Shown one piece after another: positions 28,514 through 37,276 of a stretch of DNA of 64,000 bases. The DNA comes from a virus (taxonomy: Duplodnaviria; Caudoviricetes), in the IMG/VR virus record IMGVR_UViG_2791355224_000001, positions 20,216 through 84,215 of that record; one strand, written 5' to 3'. A model generated the notes under the pieces. It ran no database searches. It had not been told where the DNA came from and saw only the letters and a program-made list of their open reading frames with translations. The translations under genes were made by a program, and so were the position numbers. Within the stretch, counting starts at the first letter, position 1; each line of letters starts with the position of its first letter.

Positions 28514-29682
28514 TGAGCGAAATTAACGTTGTATTATGCGGAGACAGCGCCGAGATACTTCGCCAATACCCTGACGCGTTCTTTGATAGCGTGGTTTGCG
28601 ATCCGCCTTACGGACTGTCGAAAGAACCAGACATTATCGAAGTGCTTACGAAATGGCTGGCGGGCGAGTCGTACGATCACGGTCATGGCGGATTTATGGG
28701 CAAATCGTGGGACTCTTTCGTTCCGCATCCGGACGTCTGGAAAGAGGTTTGCCGCGTATTGAAGCCGGGAGGCCATGCGCTTGTATTCGCCGGAACTCGG
28801 ACACAGGATTTAATGACGATTGCGATGCGGCTCGGCGGATTCGAGATACGCGATGTTATCGAGTGGCTATATTTTAGCGGATTTCCGAAGAGTATGGACG
28901 TGGGGAAGGCGTTTGATAAGCGCGCAGGGGTAATGCGTAAGGTTATCGTAGAGGGTCCGACCGTTAAACGGATGATTCCCGGTGCAACCCAAGATAAGAC
29001 CGGCTCGTGGATAAAGGACGATGGTCGTACGTTCACTCAAACTATTACCGCGCCCGCAACCGAACTCGCCAGCAAATGGGACGGATGGGGAACCGCGCTC
29101 AAGCCCGCACACGAACCGATTATCGTCGCCAGAAAGCCGCTCGCCGGAACCGTAGCAGAAACGGTCGAGAAGTACGGAACGGGCGCTATTAATATCGACG
29201 GCTGCCGAATCAGACGCGCTGCAGGAGACCGTACAGAATACGGCGTCACAGGTGACGAGGGCAGCCCGACAGTCAACGCATATGGACAGCGCGAACGTGT
29301 CGCATACGTTCCGGATGAGACAGGACGCTTCCCCGCAAACTGCGTCACAATGGACAAGGACGCGTTTTACTCTCCGTACTTCAACGTTTCACCGGCCGAA
29401 CTATCGAAAAAGGCTAATAAGAAAGACCGTAATCTGTGCGCGGATGGGTCGCAAAGCTCCGTTCCGAACACACACCCGACTGTTAAGCCGACTGAGCTTA
29501 TGCGCTGGCTTATCCGCTTGGTAACGCCGCCAGGAGGAACAGTTCTCGATCCGTTCGCGGGTTCCGGTACGACTCCCGTAGCTGCGGCAATGGATGGATT
29601 TAATTATGTTGCGATTGACCTCGCGCAAGAACACGTTGATATTATTAACGCACGCCGGACCGGTGCGAAGGAGGCGGCTTAA
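28513..29682 (+). CDS. N4-C/N6-A DNA methyltransferase (beta-type motif order)
   Basis: DPPY near N-terminus; HPTVKP and VLDPFAGSGTT near C-terminus. Confidence 0.92.
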   Translation: MSEINVVLCGDSAEILRQYPDAFFDSVVCDPPYGLSKEPDIIEVLTKWLAGESYDHGHGGFMGKSWDSFVPHPDVWKEVCRVLKPGGHALVFAGTRTQDLMTIAMRLGGFEIRDVIEWLYFSGFPKSMDVGKAFDKRAGVMRKVIVEGPTVKRMIPGATQDKTGSWIKDDGRTFTQTITAPATELASKWDGWGTALKPAHEPIIVARKPLAGTVAETVEKYGTGAINIDGCRIRRAAGDRTEYGVTGDEGSPTVNAYGQRERVAYVPDETGRFPANCVTMDKDAFYSPYFNVSPAELSKKANKKDRNLCADGSQSSVPNTHPTVKPTELMRWLIRLVTPPGGTVLDPFAGSGTTPVAAAMDGFNYVAIDLAQEHVDIINARRTGAKEAA

Positions 29683-29683
29683 T

Positions 29684-30370
29684 TTGACGTATATCGAACG
29701 CACAAAAGCCGACATTGAGGCGTTAGAGACTGCGCTAAGAACGCACTTCAAGGCCGCTGAATCACCGCCCATTCCGTTCTCTTATAACGGAGTCACTTAC
29801 GATATTCGCGACCGAGAGACGCGCATGCTCTTAGTGGCCGCGATCCAGGACGCTTATTACCAGGAACACGCCGAGTTTAATCAGCGGGCTCTCGACGATT
29901 GGTACGCGAAGGGCTGTCGCGGTGAGCGGCCGTCGCCGGTATTTCCGGATGCCGCGTTAATGGATCGGCTGACTGACGCGGTTTTGAACGAGGAGATCAC
30001 GGACCCGAATCCGCATAAGATCGCACAGACGGAGTACCCGTTTATGTCCGAGCGCCAATTGGACTTGCGACGTGACCGTGAGGCGTCCGAATGGGCTGCG
30101 AAGGCGCACGGCTCTGACGGTAAGGATTACCGGGAACCAACGAAAAGAAAGCGGACGGCTTACGAAAATTACTGCGTGGAGAAGAATGCGCAAAGGTCCG
30201 CGCAGTATAAGCGGGATACCGCGGCAGGTCCAGTATTGCGAAGGGTAAGCGAGCCGTTTACGCAGTGCATCGGACTCGGGCGCAGGTGGGCGGAAGATAT
30301 GGGCGCGATGAACGAGGTAATAGTGGAAAGGGCGGAGGAGACTCCGCTTACTCTTCCGGTTGTAGCGTAA
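29684..30370 (+). CDS. Hypothetical phage protein
   Basis: AAGGAGG SD before TTG 29684. Confidence 0.7.
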   Translation: MTYIERTKADIEALETALRTHFKAAESPPIPFSYNGVTYDIRDRETRMLLVAAIQDAYYQEHAEFNQRALDDWYAKGCRGERPSPVFPDAALMDRLTDAVLNEEITDPNPHKIAQTEYPFMSERQLDLRRDREASEWAAKAHGSDGKDYREPTKRKRTAYENYCVEKNAQRSAQYKRDTAAGPVLRRVSEPFTQCIGLGRRWAEDMGAMNEVIVERAEETPLTLPVVA

Positions 30371-30481
30371 TTAATTTTTTAAAATGATAGTCCATTTACA
30401 GTAATATATAGGAAAAATAACCTGTGTCTATAGAACTAATTATGCTATATTAAGAAAAAATATGAATTAAAGGAGATTTTT

Positions 30482-31267
30482 ATGAAAAAGAAGTTAGCCT
30501 TACTTGTATTCTTTCTTTTAGTCTTAGCCTTACCGACCTCTATTGCTTCTGCTTCGACAATCGCAGTAGGTGGTAAAGCCTTCTCAAGCAGCAATGCTCC
30601 AGGGGTAAGTCCCGACTATGCTTTTGATGGTAAGTTTCTCACAAAAGAAGACCCTAATGTTGGGTTTTGGCAATCAGTACCCGGAGTGCAGACGAACGGG
30701 GTTGCTTTCATAGGATATGATTTTGGGAAGGGGAACGAAAAGAGTGTAGAGAGTATAGTTGTTCAACAACATCCGAGAGAAGGATTTTCCGTTTCAAGTG
30801 TGAAAGTGCAAAACTTGAAGGCTGACGGTACTTGGAATGATGTGGGGACATATGATGTTAAAATGTACGACACAACCACTCTTAAACTTCCAACAACTGA
30901 GAAGTCGCAGGCTTGGAGATTGCTAGCGAATTCAAACGTTTCTAGAGAGTGGGCGGTTGTTGAAGTAGAACTACAGGGACCAGCCTCAGTTGATCCACCG
31001 ACTAATCCAGAGCAACCGCCAGTTTCAGGAGAGCGCGCTCTATTAACAATCACAATGCTCAACGGCATGGAAAAAGAATACGACCTTTCTGCTCAAGAAG
31101 TTTCTGCATTTATTAACTGGTATGATGCGAAAGACGCTGGAAACGGTCCGGCAAAGTATGTATTCAACAAAACGTGGAATAAAGGTCCGTTCAGTAAGCG
31201 GACAGAGTACGTAATCTTCGATAAAATTCTTACGTTTGAGGTTAGTGAATACACGTTAAGTAAATAG
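30482..31267 (+). CDS. Secreted protein with discoidin (F5/8 type C, CBM32-like) domain
   Basis: Signal peptide, PDYAFDG, IGYDFG, VVEVEL; Pro linker; C-terminal EKEYDLS...FINWY domain. Confidence 0.8.
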   Translation: MKKKLALLVFFLLVLALPTSIASASTIAVGGKAFSSSNAPGVSPDYAFDGKFLTKEDPNVGFWQSVPGVQTNGVAFIGYDFGKGNEKSVESIVVQQHPREGFSVSSVKVQNLKADGTWNDVGTYDVKMYDTTTLKLPTTEKSQAWRLLANSNVSREWAVVEVELQGPASVDPPTNPEQPPVSGERALLTITMLNGMEKEYDLSAQEVSAFINWYDAKDAGNGPAKYVFNKTWNKGPFSKRTEYVIFDKILTFEVSEYTLSK

Positions 31268-31281
31268 GACAAAAAAAAAAG

Positions 31282-31309
31282 AAAGAGCCCCTACTAGCGG
31301 GCTCTTTTT
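31282..31309. terminator. Bidirectional intrinsic terminator
   Basis: AAAGAGCCC-loop-GGGCTCTTTT flanked by A and T tracts between convergent genes. Confidence 0.85.
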
Positions 31310-31472
31310 AATTTGCGTCTGTTTTCTCAACGATAAATAACGCTTCAATACTTACGCCGAGTGCCCGTGCGATCGCGAATAAGTGGGCGGCCTCGTGGCG
31401 GCTGTTTTTATCGAAACGGGAGATCGAACCTTGCGGCACACCGGACATTTGCGAAAGCTGTGTTTGAGTGAT
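31308..31472 (-). pseudogene. 5'-truncated XRE HTH gene
   Basis: ITQTQLSQMSGVPQGSISRFD...IARALGVSIEALF lacks the first helix; sequence turns AT-rich just upstream. Confidence 0.6.
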
Positions 31473-31567
31473 GTCGAATATTATAGTCACGCCGGCCAAT
31501 GGTTATATGGTAAAATAGAACATACTTTTCCAATTATTCATAATATAAATTAATAGGTGGGAATAAG

Positions 31568-32647
31568 ATGTTCAAATTAAATGCTGAGCATGGTCGTATG
31601 ATTGGCAAGGTAAAGAGTAAAGAAAACGTGACTAAATCAGCTTTAACTTCTCTTAGGTTAGCTTTAAAGTCTTATTTTAAGACCTACCAGGTTGCGTCAC
31701 AGAAGGGTATAATTAACGACTTATTAGTGGAAGAAAGCAACCCCTTTTATGATTTTAGTCAAAATAATATTGACTTATTTTGTGATAATACAGACTACCA
31801 AGAAGTATACCTACAATGTATATTTCATTTTCACCATTTCTTCGAGCTCCTACTAAAAGATGTGTTATCTAGTGTCCACCCTAAGCTCGCCTACAAAGTA
31901 AAACTTGACGGTGATAACTCTGCTTTAATTTTAGAAATTCTTAAGAACAAACAATCTAATGATCTGAGTAATGATAATACCGCAGAATTTCAGACATCTT
32001 TGAACCGAGTAATAAAACTAATGAATATTCAAGACGAAAATATTCCTATCGTATCTAAGGTTATTTGTGACAATAAGCAAACCCTAGTAGACCTGAATAC
32101 ACTAAGAAATCGAGTTTGGCATAAAGGATTGTATGTTCTTAGACTTAACGAGTTGGATCAATTTATATCTCAAAATATACTGCCTCTCGTTGTTAATTGC
32201 CTACAAGCTACAAACTATAATAATTTGGAAAATTATTGGAAATATAAAAAAGCTCCCTTAGACCCAATAACTGAGATAATTAATTCGGGACAAGGAGTCG
32301 TTGATTATGGACGCATTGCGTTTTATAAGGCGTATGGCCTAGCTTGTTATTCGATGCCTATTTGGAAATCTGATCTTGATGAATTTGAAAAAAAGGCAGA
32401 GGCTATTGTCCGTGCTATTCATGGCATGACTGTTGATTCCTGTTTTGTTTGTGGGAAAAATACTCTCCTTATTAGTACAGAAGCTGACTATAATTCTGAT
32501 GAATTTGGGGTTCCAGTAAGTATCTGGGTTAAGTCAACAGCCGCGGAGTGTCTGAATTGCTCACTGAGATTATTTCCTGATATAGGCGAACCGTGTTCTC
32601 ACGGTGTTGAATACGAGCAATTGTGGAGATTCGAGGATGTACTTTAA
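31568..32647 (+). CDS. HEPN-motif protein with C-terminal Zn ribbon (putative defence RNase)
   Basis: HHFFELLLK and RNRVWH (Rx4H); CFVC...CLNC; markedly AT-rich. Confidence 0.65.
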   Translation: MFKLNAEHGRMIGKVKSKENVTKSALTSLRLALKSYFKTYQVASQKGIINDLLVEESNPFYDFSQNNIDLFCDNTDYQEVYLQCIFHFHHFFELLLKDVLSSVHPKLAYKVKLDGDNSALILEILKNKQSNDLSNDNTAEFQTSLNRVIKLMNIQDENIPIVSKVICDNKQTLVDLNTLRNRVWHKGLYVLRLNELDQFISQNILPLVVNCLQATNYNNLENYWKYKKAPLDPITEIINSGQGVVDYGRIAFYKAYGLACYSMPIWKSDLDEFEKKAEAIVRAIHGMTVDSCFVCGKNTLLISTEADYNSDEFGVPVSIWVKSTAAECLNCSLRLFPDIGEPCSHGVEYEQLWRFEDVL

Positions 32648-32713
32648 GATACCCAACACTTACCGCCTCTATCCGTAGTAGCCACGCGCTATAATCGTAT
32701 AGAGGTGTTTTCT

Positions 32714-33577
32714 ATGTTTATATCCCCGATGTTACTCGAAACGGCAGCCGCTCCGTTCTCGGATTCGCGCTATATTTTCGAACCGAAAATTGACGGCCAC
32801 CGTTTAATATATTCGCAGGAGAGCGGCGTTGTCCGCCTATACACGCGCCATAATAACGACTGTACCCGGCAGTACCCGGAGATCGCCAACGCTGTATTCC
32901 CGCATGACATCGTTCTCGACGGAGAGATCGCGGTCTATGATCCGCAAACCAGCGTAGTCGACTTTGAGTCCGTGATGTCCCGCTTTCAGGCGCGTCGGGC
33001 CGATAAGATAACGCAGCTCAGCGCCCAGTTACCTGTTACGTTCGTTGTTTTCGACATCCTGCGGTACAAGGGCGAGGACTTGCGCCAATTACCGCTCATG
33101 CAGCGCAAGGAAATACTTGCGGGCTTATCGCTACCGAACGCTCATTTCGGCGTTGTTCCCTACGTGGAGGGAGCCGGAGAAGCGTTGTTTACGCAGATGC
33201 AGGCGCGATCGCTCGAAGGCATGGTCGCTAAGCGTACGGATAGCACGTACGTCAGCCGACGGTCGGCCGCATGGCAGAAGGTGATCAACTGGTCTTATGC
33301 CGACGTATGGCTGACCGGTTATAAGAAGGCGGAGTTCGGCTGGCTTGCGGCTGTGCAGGCGGATAATAGCGCGAAGATACGTCCGGCTGGCATTATCGAG
33401 CATGGCGCTAGCCCAACGCACAAGAAGGCGTTTTATGGCGTGGTGAAGCCGCTGATTACCGGAGAGGATCGCGAGTTTGTGTACGTGGAGCCGCGGATAA
33501 GAGCACGCGTGAAAATGCGAAATTGGACTCGCGCAGGGATGCTGCGGAGTCCGGTGTTTACGGAGTTTATTGTTTAA
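32714..33577 (+). CDS. ATP-dependent DNA ligase (LigD-ligase/SPbeta LigB-like)
   Basis: EPKIDGHR (KxDG), LDGEI, FDIL, EGMVAKR, OB-fold LRSP. Confidence 0.92.
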   Translation: MFISPMLLETAAAPFSDSRYIFEPKIDGHRLIYSQESGVVRLYTRHNNDCTRQYPEIANAVFPHDIVLDGEIAVYDPQTSVVDFESVMSRFQARRADKITQLSAQLPVTFVVFDILRYKGEDLRQLPLMQRKEILAGLSLPNAHFGVVPYVEGAGEALFTQMQARSLEGMVAKRTDSTYVSRRSAAWQKVINWSYADVWLTGYKKAEFGWLAAVQADNSAKIRPAGIIEHGASPTHKKAFYGVVKPLITGEDREFVYVEPRIRARVKMRNWTRAGMLRSPVFTEFIV

Positions 33578-34349
33578 TGCAACAGTTACAAAAAGAACGA
33601 CCAAACTTAGTCAATTCCCAATAAGTTTTCTTCAACGCAACGTCGTGGTTTGGGTTTGTCTCGTGTAAGTCCTCTTGAGCAAATTTAATGAAGCTGTGAT
33701 CATATAGACTATCGTATACTGCATCATCGGTAAACGTTACTTTGGTGTCAATATATAACAACCCAAGCCTAATGAGGTTGTCAATTGAAGCTCCGTACGC
33801 ACTGTGGTTACTCTCATTTAGATCCGGGAACGGAAAATAGTTTCTGTAAACTTCCATATATACATCAGAACTCTTGAACAACAGAATAGAGCCAGAGCCA
33901 ACTTTATTTCTATTCTCAAATAAAAAATTAAGAGCCTTTGCGTCCAAAGGAGAAAGTTGTTTTATTATCTCGACAAAGGCTGGATGAGCTTGTTCGGCAA
34001 GTGACTTTGTCACGGATTTAGCTATCAGTTTTGAGAACATTTTTTTCATTGTGTCACTCTCTACGTAATACTTGGAGGCTTCTAGAGCGGGGCCGACAAT
34101 ATTCAATTGAGGATCAATTACTTCCGCAGGTGGTATTTTTGAGACTTCCGATAATAAAAGATCCTTATAGCGCTCGATTTCAATTTGCTTTTTTATTTTA
34201 AGTTTTTGTAACGGGGAAAATACTAAATTAAAAATACTGCTTAGCCCTTCTCCAAGCTCTTTAGATGCTGGCTCAAGTGTATTTTTAGCCAATTGAGTCG
34301 CTGTTTCAATAGGCGACTTTGCTATATCTAATAATTTTTCTTCATCCAT
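33567..34349 (-). CDS. DUF4393 / Abi-alpha-like protein
   Basis: IVGPALEASKY, HPAFVEIIKQLSPLDA, SIDNLIRLGL, LTKFGRSFCNCC. Confidence 0.8.
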   Translation of the reverse strand: MDEEKLLDIAKSPIETATQLAKNTLEPASKELGEGLSSIFNLVFSPLQKLKIKKQIEIERYKDLLLSEVSKIPPAEVIDPQLNIVGPALEASKYYVESDTMKKMFSKLIAKSVTKSLAEQAHPAFVEIIKQLSPLDAKALNFLFENRNKVGSGSILLFKSSDVYMEVYRNYFPFPDLNESNHSAYGASIDNLIRLGLLYIDTKVTFTDDAVYDSLYDHSFIKFAQEDLHETNPNHDVALKKTYWELTKFGRSFCNCCIKQ

Positions 34350-34458
34350 TTATTTTCCTCCTTAGTCTATCGTCACAGCCATAAAAGTAATCCCCTAATA
34401 CAAGTTTTAATTCTACGACTACCACTTAATTCCTTCCGGGAAACATAGACCGCAGAAG

Positions 34459-34803
34459 CTACTCGCCAAAGCGGTCTATTTTTGCGTCCAAAACGTCATC
34501 CAGTGCAATCCACGTCAATTCTCCGTTACTCACCAGTTTCACCTCGCGCCGATACGTCAACACCGTCTTAACCACACCAGCCACCCAGCAATCTTCAATC
34601 ATGTCGAATAACCGCAACTTCACCGACACCTGCAGCGTTAGTGACCGGCTGATCGCAGCCTCGATCAGCTCGGACTCCTGCAGAATTAACTCAGGTTTGG
34701 TTCGCCGGGCCTGTGCTAGTTGCAGCCGGATTTCCGCCTCGCGGTGTTCTGGCATGATCATCCATGAATTCAATATACCGTTCCCTTTGAGTTTATCCTC
34801 CAT
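34459..34803 (-). CDS. YolD-like protein
   Basis: SWMIMPEHREA...KPEL; SOS-box-controlled operon. Confidence 0.85.
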   Translation of the reverse strand: MEDKLKGNGILNSWMIMPEHREAEIRLQLAQARRTKPELILQESELIEAAISRSLTLQVSVKLRLFDMIEDCWVAGVVKTVLTYRREVKLVSNGELTWIALDDVLDAKIDRFGE

Positions 34804-34848
34804 CGTGCTAGTACTCCGTCCAATAATCGGAGCTACTCTGTTGGGAGG

Positions 34849-35103
34849 TCACCGTTGCCTCGACTGTCCCGACAGACTGCGCTCCCACGCCTCCAAAATA
34901 ACGATTGTGTCTATCGCTGGCTTATCCGGCCAATATATGTACTCCGCAAGCATCAATTCGTTTAGCGCCGCTTCAATATCCGCAGGGCTGCGCCCGGTCA
35001 GCCGTTCGAGTTCCTTTTCCGTCGGCATCCGGCGTTGCTGCGACATGTAGTTGAAAAGAATCCGTAGTGTTTTACGTCCAAAATCGGATAACATCGTCAC
35101 CAC
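34849..35103 (-). CDS. Small winged-HTH protein (LexA DNA-binding-domain-like)
   Basis: RRMPTEKELERLTGRS...LNELMLAEYI. Confidence 0.7.
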   Translation of the reverse strand: MVTMLSDFGRKTLRILFNYMSQQRRMPTEKELERLTGRSPADIEAALNELMLAEYIYWPDKPAIDTIVILEAWERSLSGQSRQR

Positions 35104-35117
35104 TCCTTTGAACGTAA

Positions 35118-35147
35118 TTATACGGGAACATGCGTTCTGTTTTCAAG
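35118..35147 (-). promoter_or_regulatory. SigA promoter containing a LexA (SOS) box
   Basis: GAAC-ATGC-GTTC at 35126-35137 between TTGAAA and TATAAT on the minus strand. Confidence 0.8.
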
Positions 35148-35156
35148 CGGAAGTTT

Positions 35157-35351
35157 TTAGCTGGCGTATTTAAACGTACAGACATTCCGCATAAAGTACT
35201 CGCCGTGGACACGTACGGAAACCTCCGTAATGTCTTCAATTACTCCGCTGCCGACGAGTTCGTCCGCGATAAATATAACGATGGGCACGCACTCAAGTTG
35301 CGCGGTGTAAAAGTGGACATTTGCGGTAAGTTCGTTCATAAAACGGTTCAT
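35157..35351 (-). CDS. Hypothetical small beta-rich protein
   Basis: AAAGGA SD before ATG at 35351. Confidence 0.6.
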   Translation of the reverse strand: MNRFMNELTANVHFYTAQLECVPIVIFIADELVGSGVIEDITEVSVRVHGEYFMRNVCTFKYAS

Positions 35352-35482
35352 TTGCGTTGATCCTTTCGTTTGACTTGCGGATAACTTCGACAAATAGTGC
35401 CCATTTTCCTGCTAAAAGGAGGAAATAAGACCCAGTTATCGAATTATTAGGTATATATAACTGGAAAATATGGGGGATAAGT

Positions 35483-36082
35483 ATGGCAAGACGAAAGAGC
35501 AAGGCGAAACAGCAGGAAGAATTATTACAGGCATTACTTGGGGCGGCGTTCGTGTTCCCAGCGTTAGGCATTTTCTCCGCGACGGGATCGCTCGGATCGG
35601 CGGTAACGGCCGGTGTTTTATGCGCAGGTATCGTTATTGCGATCATGATTTACGTAAACGTGAAGAGAACGGAGCGGTTAAAACGTTCGGGGATTGCGGA
35701 AATTGACAAGATGGAAGGCGTACAATTCGAGCATTACCTCGGACACTTATTCCGATCGCAAGGGTATAAAGCGAAGGTAACGAGTGCTTCGGGCGATTAT
35801 GGCGCTGACTTGGTGCTGTCTAAAGATGGTAAACGGATCGTTGTGCAGGCCAAGCGCTACAGCAAAAACGTGGGCTTAAAAGCCGTCCAGGAGGTTCAGA
35901 GTGCCATTGCGCATTATAGGGCTTCCGCAGGCTGGGTCGTGACTAACCGGGATTACACGGACCAGGCGTATAAGCTTGCGAAATCCAATGGCGTACGTCT
36001 TATCGGTAGGGACGAATTGATCGAAATGCTGCTGCAGATGCGGGAAAAGACGGCCGCTACTAAAAAGAAAATTAGCGCATAA
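35483..36082 (+). CDS. Membrane-anchored Mrr-family restriction endonuclease
   Basis: Two TMs then FEHY, GDYGADLV, VQAKRY, VVTN (Mrr_cat). Confidence 0.88.
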   Translation: MARRKSKAKQQEELLQALLGAAFVFPALGIFSATGSLGSAVTAGVLCAGIVIAIMIYVNVKRTERLKRSGIAEIDKMEGVQFEHYLGHLFRSQGYKAKVTSASGDYGADLVLSKDGKRIVVQAKRYSKNVGLKAVQEVQSAIAHYRASAGWVVTNRDYTDQAYKLAKSNGVRLIGRDELIEMLLQMREKTAATKKKISA

Positions 36083-36084
36083 AT

Positions 36085-36127
36085 AAACGCCTACATGGCG
36101 GAAATAATCCGTTAAGTAGGCGTTTTT
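36085..36127. terminator. Bidirectional terminator between mrr-like gene and hicB
   Basis: AAACGCCTAC...GTAGGCGTTT inverted repeat. Confidence 0.75.
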
Positions 36128-36138
36128 CTTACGCATTT

Positions 36139-36570
36139 TTACCGAGTCTTTTTGCGCTCACTGACGCCGAGGTAGTCTTTAAGCGCGTCTTGAAGCACGT
36201 GTGAGTAGTTCACCTTATTCTGCGCGGCTAGATCGTCCAACCATTTCGGAATAGTCAGCGTCTTCTTAACGGCGCGGTCCGCCATCTTATCGCGAACAGG
36301 CGGCATCCAGACGTCGATCAATACGGCAGCCTGGCCGGGTTCGAGTGCGATGTCGGACGCTCGCGTTGGTTCCGGGATGATGTCGCCGTCTTCTTCCATT
36401 CCGAAGAGATGCAGCGAGAGACAGTCCTTCGCCATGAATAGCGCATCTTCGTCGTTATCGCCGCAGGTAAGTGCGCCCGGCAAGTCTGGAAACTCGATAG
36501 AGATACCGTCGTCTCCGTAATCGAAAACGGCAGGGAATACGTACCGGTCTTTTAACTGTTTATCGTACAT
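36139..36570 (-). CDS. hicB: HicB antitoxin
   Basis: FPDLPGALTCGD; C-terminal KKTLTIPKWL RHH. Confidence 0.95.
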   Translation of the reverse strand: MYDKQLKDRYVFPAVFDYGDDGISIEFPDLPGALTCGDNDEDALFMAKDCLSLHLFGMEEDGDIIPEPTRASDIALEPGQAAVLIDVWMPPVRDKMADRAVKKTLTIPKWLDDLAAQNKVNYSHVLQDALKDYLGVSERKKTR

Positions 36571-36598
36571 TTATAATATAAACCTCCTTAGGGAGGAG

Positions 36599-36790
36599 CT
36601 ATTTCAGCCCCGCCTGTTTGAGTATACTTGCTATTGTCTTCTTTGGTAAGTCTTTGTTGGGGTGAGGGATTGTAACTTTCCCCGGCTTAGTCGGATGTTT
36701 GTATTGGTAGTGGTCGCCAGTTGCTCGTATGTAGTACCATCCGTCCTCTTCAATCATTTTTATTAACTCCCTCGAAGAGTATCCCTTCAT
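36599..36790 (-). CDS. hicA: HicA toxin
   Basis: DGWY..RATGDHYQYKHPTKPGKVTIPHP...ILKQAGL. Confidence 0.95.
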   Translation of the reverse strand: MKGYSSRELIKMIEEDGWYYIRATGDHYQYKHPTKPGKVTIPHPNKDLPKKTIASILKQAGLK

Positions 36791-36813
36791 GGCATCACCG
36801 TCCTTATGGTTAA

Positions 36814-36869
36814 ATTATAATACGTATCATTATACGTGTCAAGATATTTATACGTCTTTTTATACGTGT
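36814..36869 (-). promoter_or_regulatory. hicAB promoter with palindromic operators
   Basis: Consensus TTGACA-17-TATAAT (36842-36814); ATACGTAT-N4-ATACGTGT across the spacer and -35, and a second related copy upstream. Confidence 0.85.
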
Positions 36870-36896
36870 TTTCCGTCCAGAGTTGTATTTCGTACG

Positions 36897-37027
36897 ATTT
36901 CAAAGCTATATAAGTATAAGAGCCGCTTTCATGCGGTCTTTTTTCGTTTAGAGGGTTACATTCTGCTCTATTTCAAAGCTATATAAGTATAAAGGGATTT
37001 TAAGGGCCGCCACACGTGCGGTCTTTT
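36897..37027 (+). repeat. Duplicated 23-bp element, each copy followed by a GCCGC...GCGGTCTTTT hairpin
   Basis: ATTTCAAAGCTATATAAGTATAA at 36897-36919 and 36970-36992. Confidence 0.85.
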
Positions 37028-37117
37028 CCCGTTCAGGGAACACGTAAGCATACGAATGATGCGGGTATACTCCGCACACCTTACGTTATTTCTAACAACA
37101 AATAGGAGGCGTTGCAT

Positions 37118-37276
37118 ATGGCCGGAAACACTGGCGAACTGGGCGTTAAAGTTAACGTAGATATTACGGATGCGATCCGCGGACTTAAAGCGGTACAACG
37201 TGAGGCGAAGAAAGCTGCGCAGGCATTGCGTGAGCTAGAGACGGCGCAGAAGGCGGTGTCAAATGGCGCAGAGTAG
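37118..37276 (+). CDS. 52-aa small phage protein
   Basis: AGGAGG SD; MAGNTGELGVKVNVDITDAIRGLKAVQREAKKAAQALRELE. Confidence 0.7.
   Translation: MAGNTGELGVKVNVDITDAIRGLKAVQREAKKAAQALRELETAQKAVSNGAE

Noticed and set aside
28510-28526. CTGATGAGCGAAA hammerhead core
   Set aside because: Explained by a TGATG stop/start overlap; no stem II.
31271-31280. A10 run (and T12 at 17-28) as phase-variable tracts
   Set aside because: Both are terminator tails in non-coding DNA.
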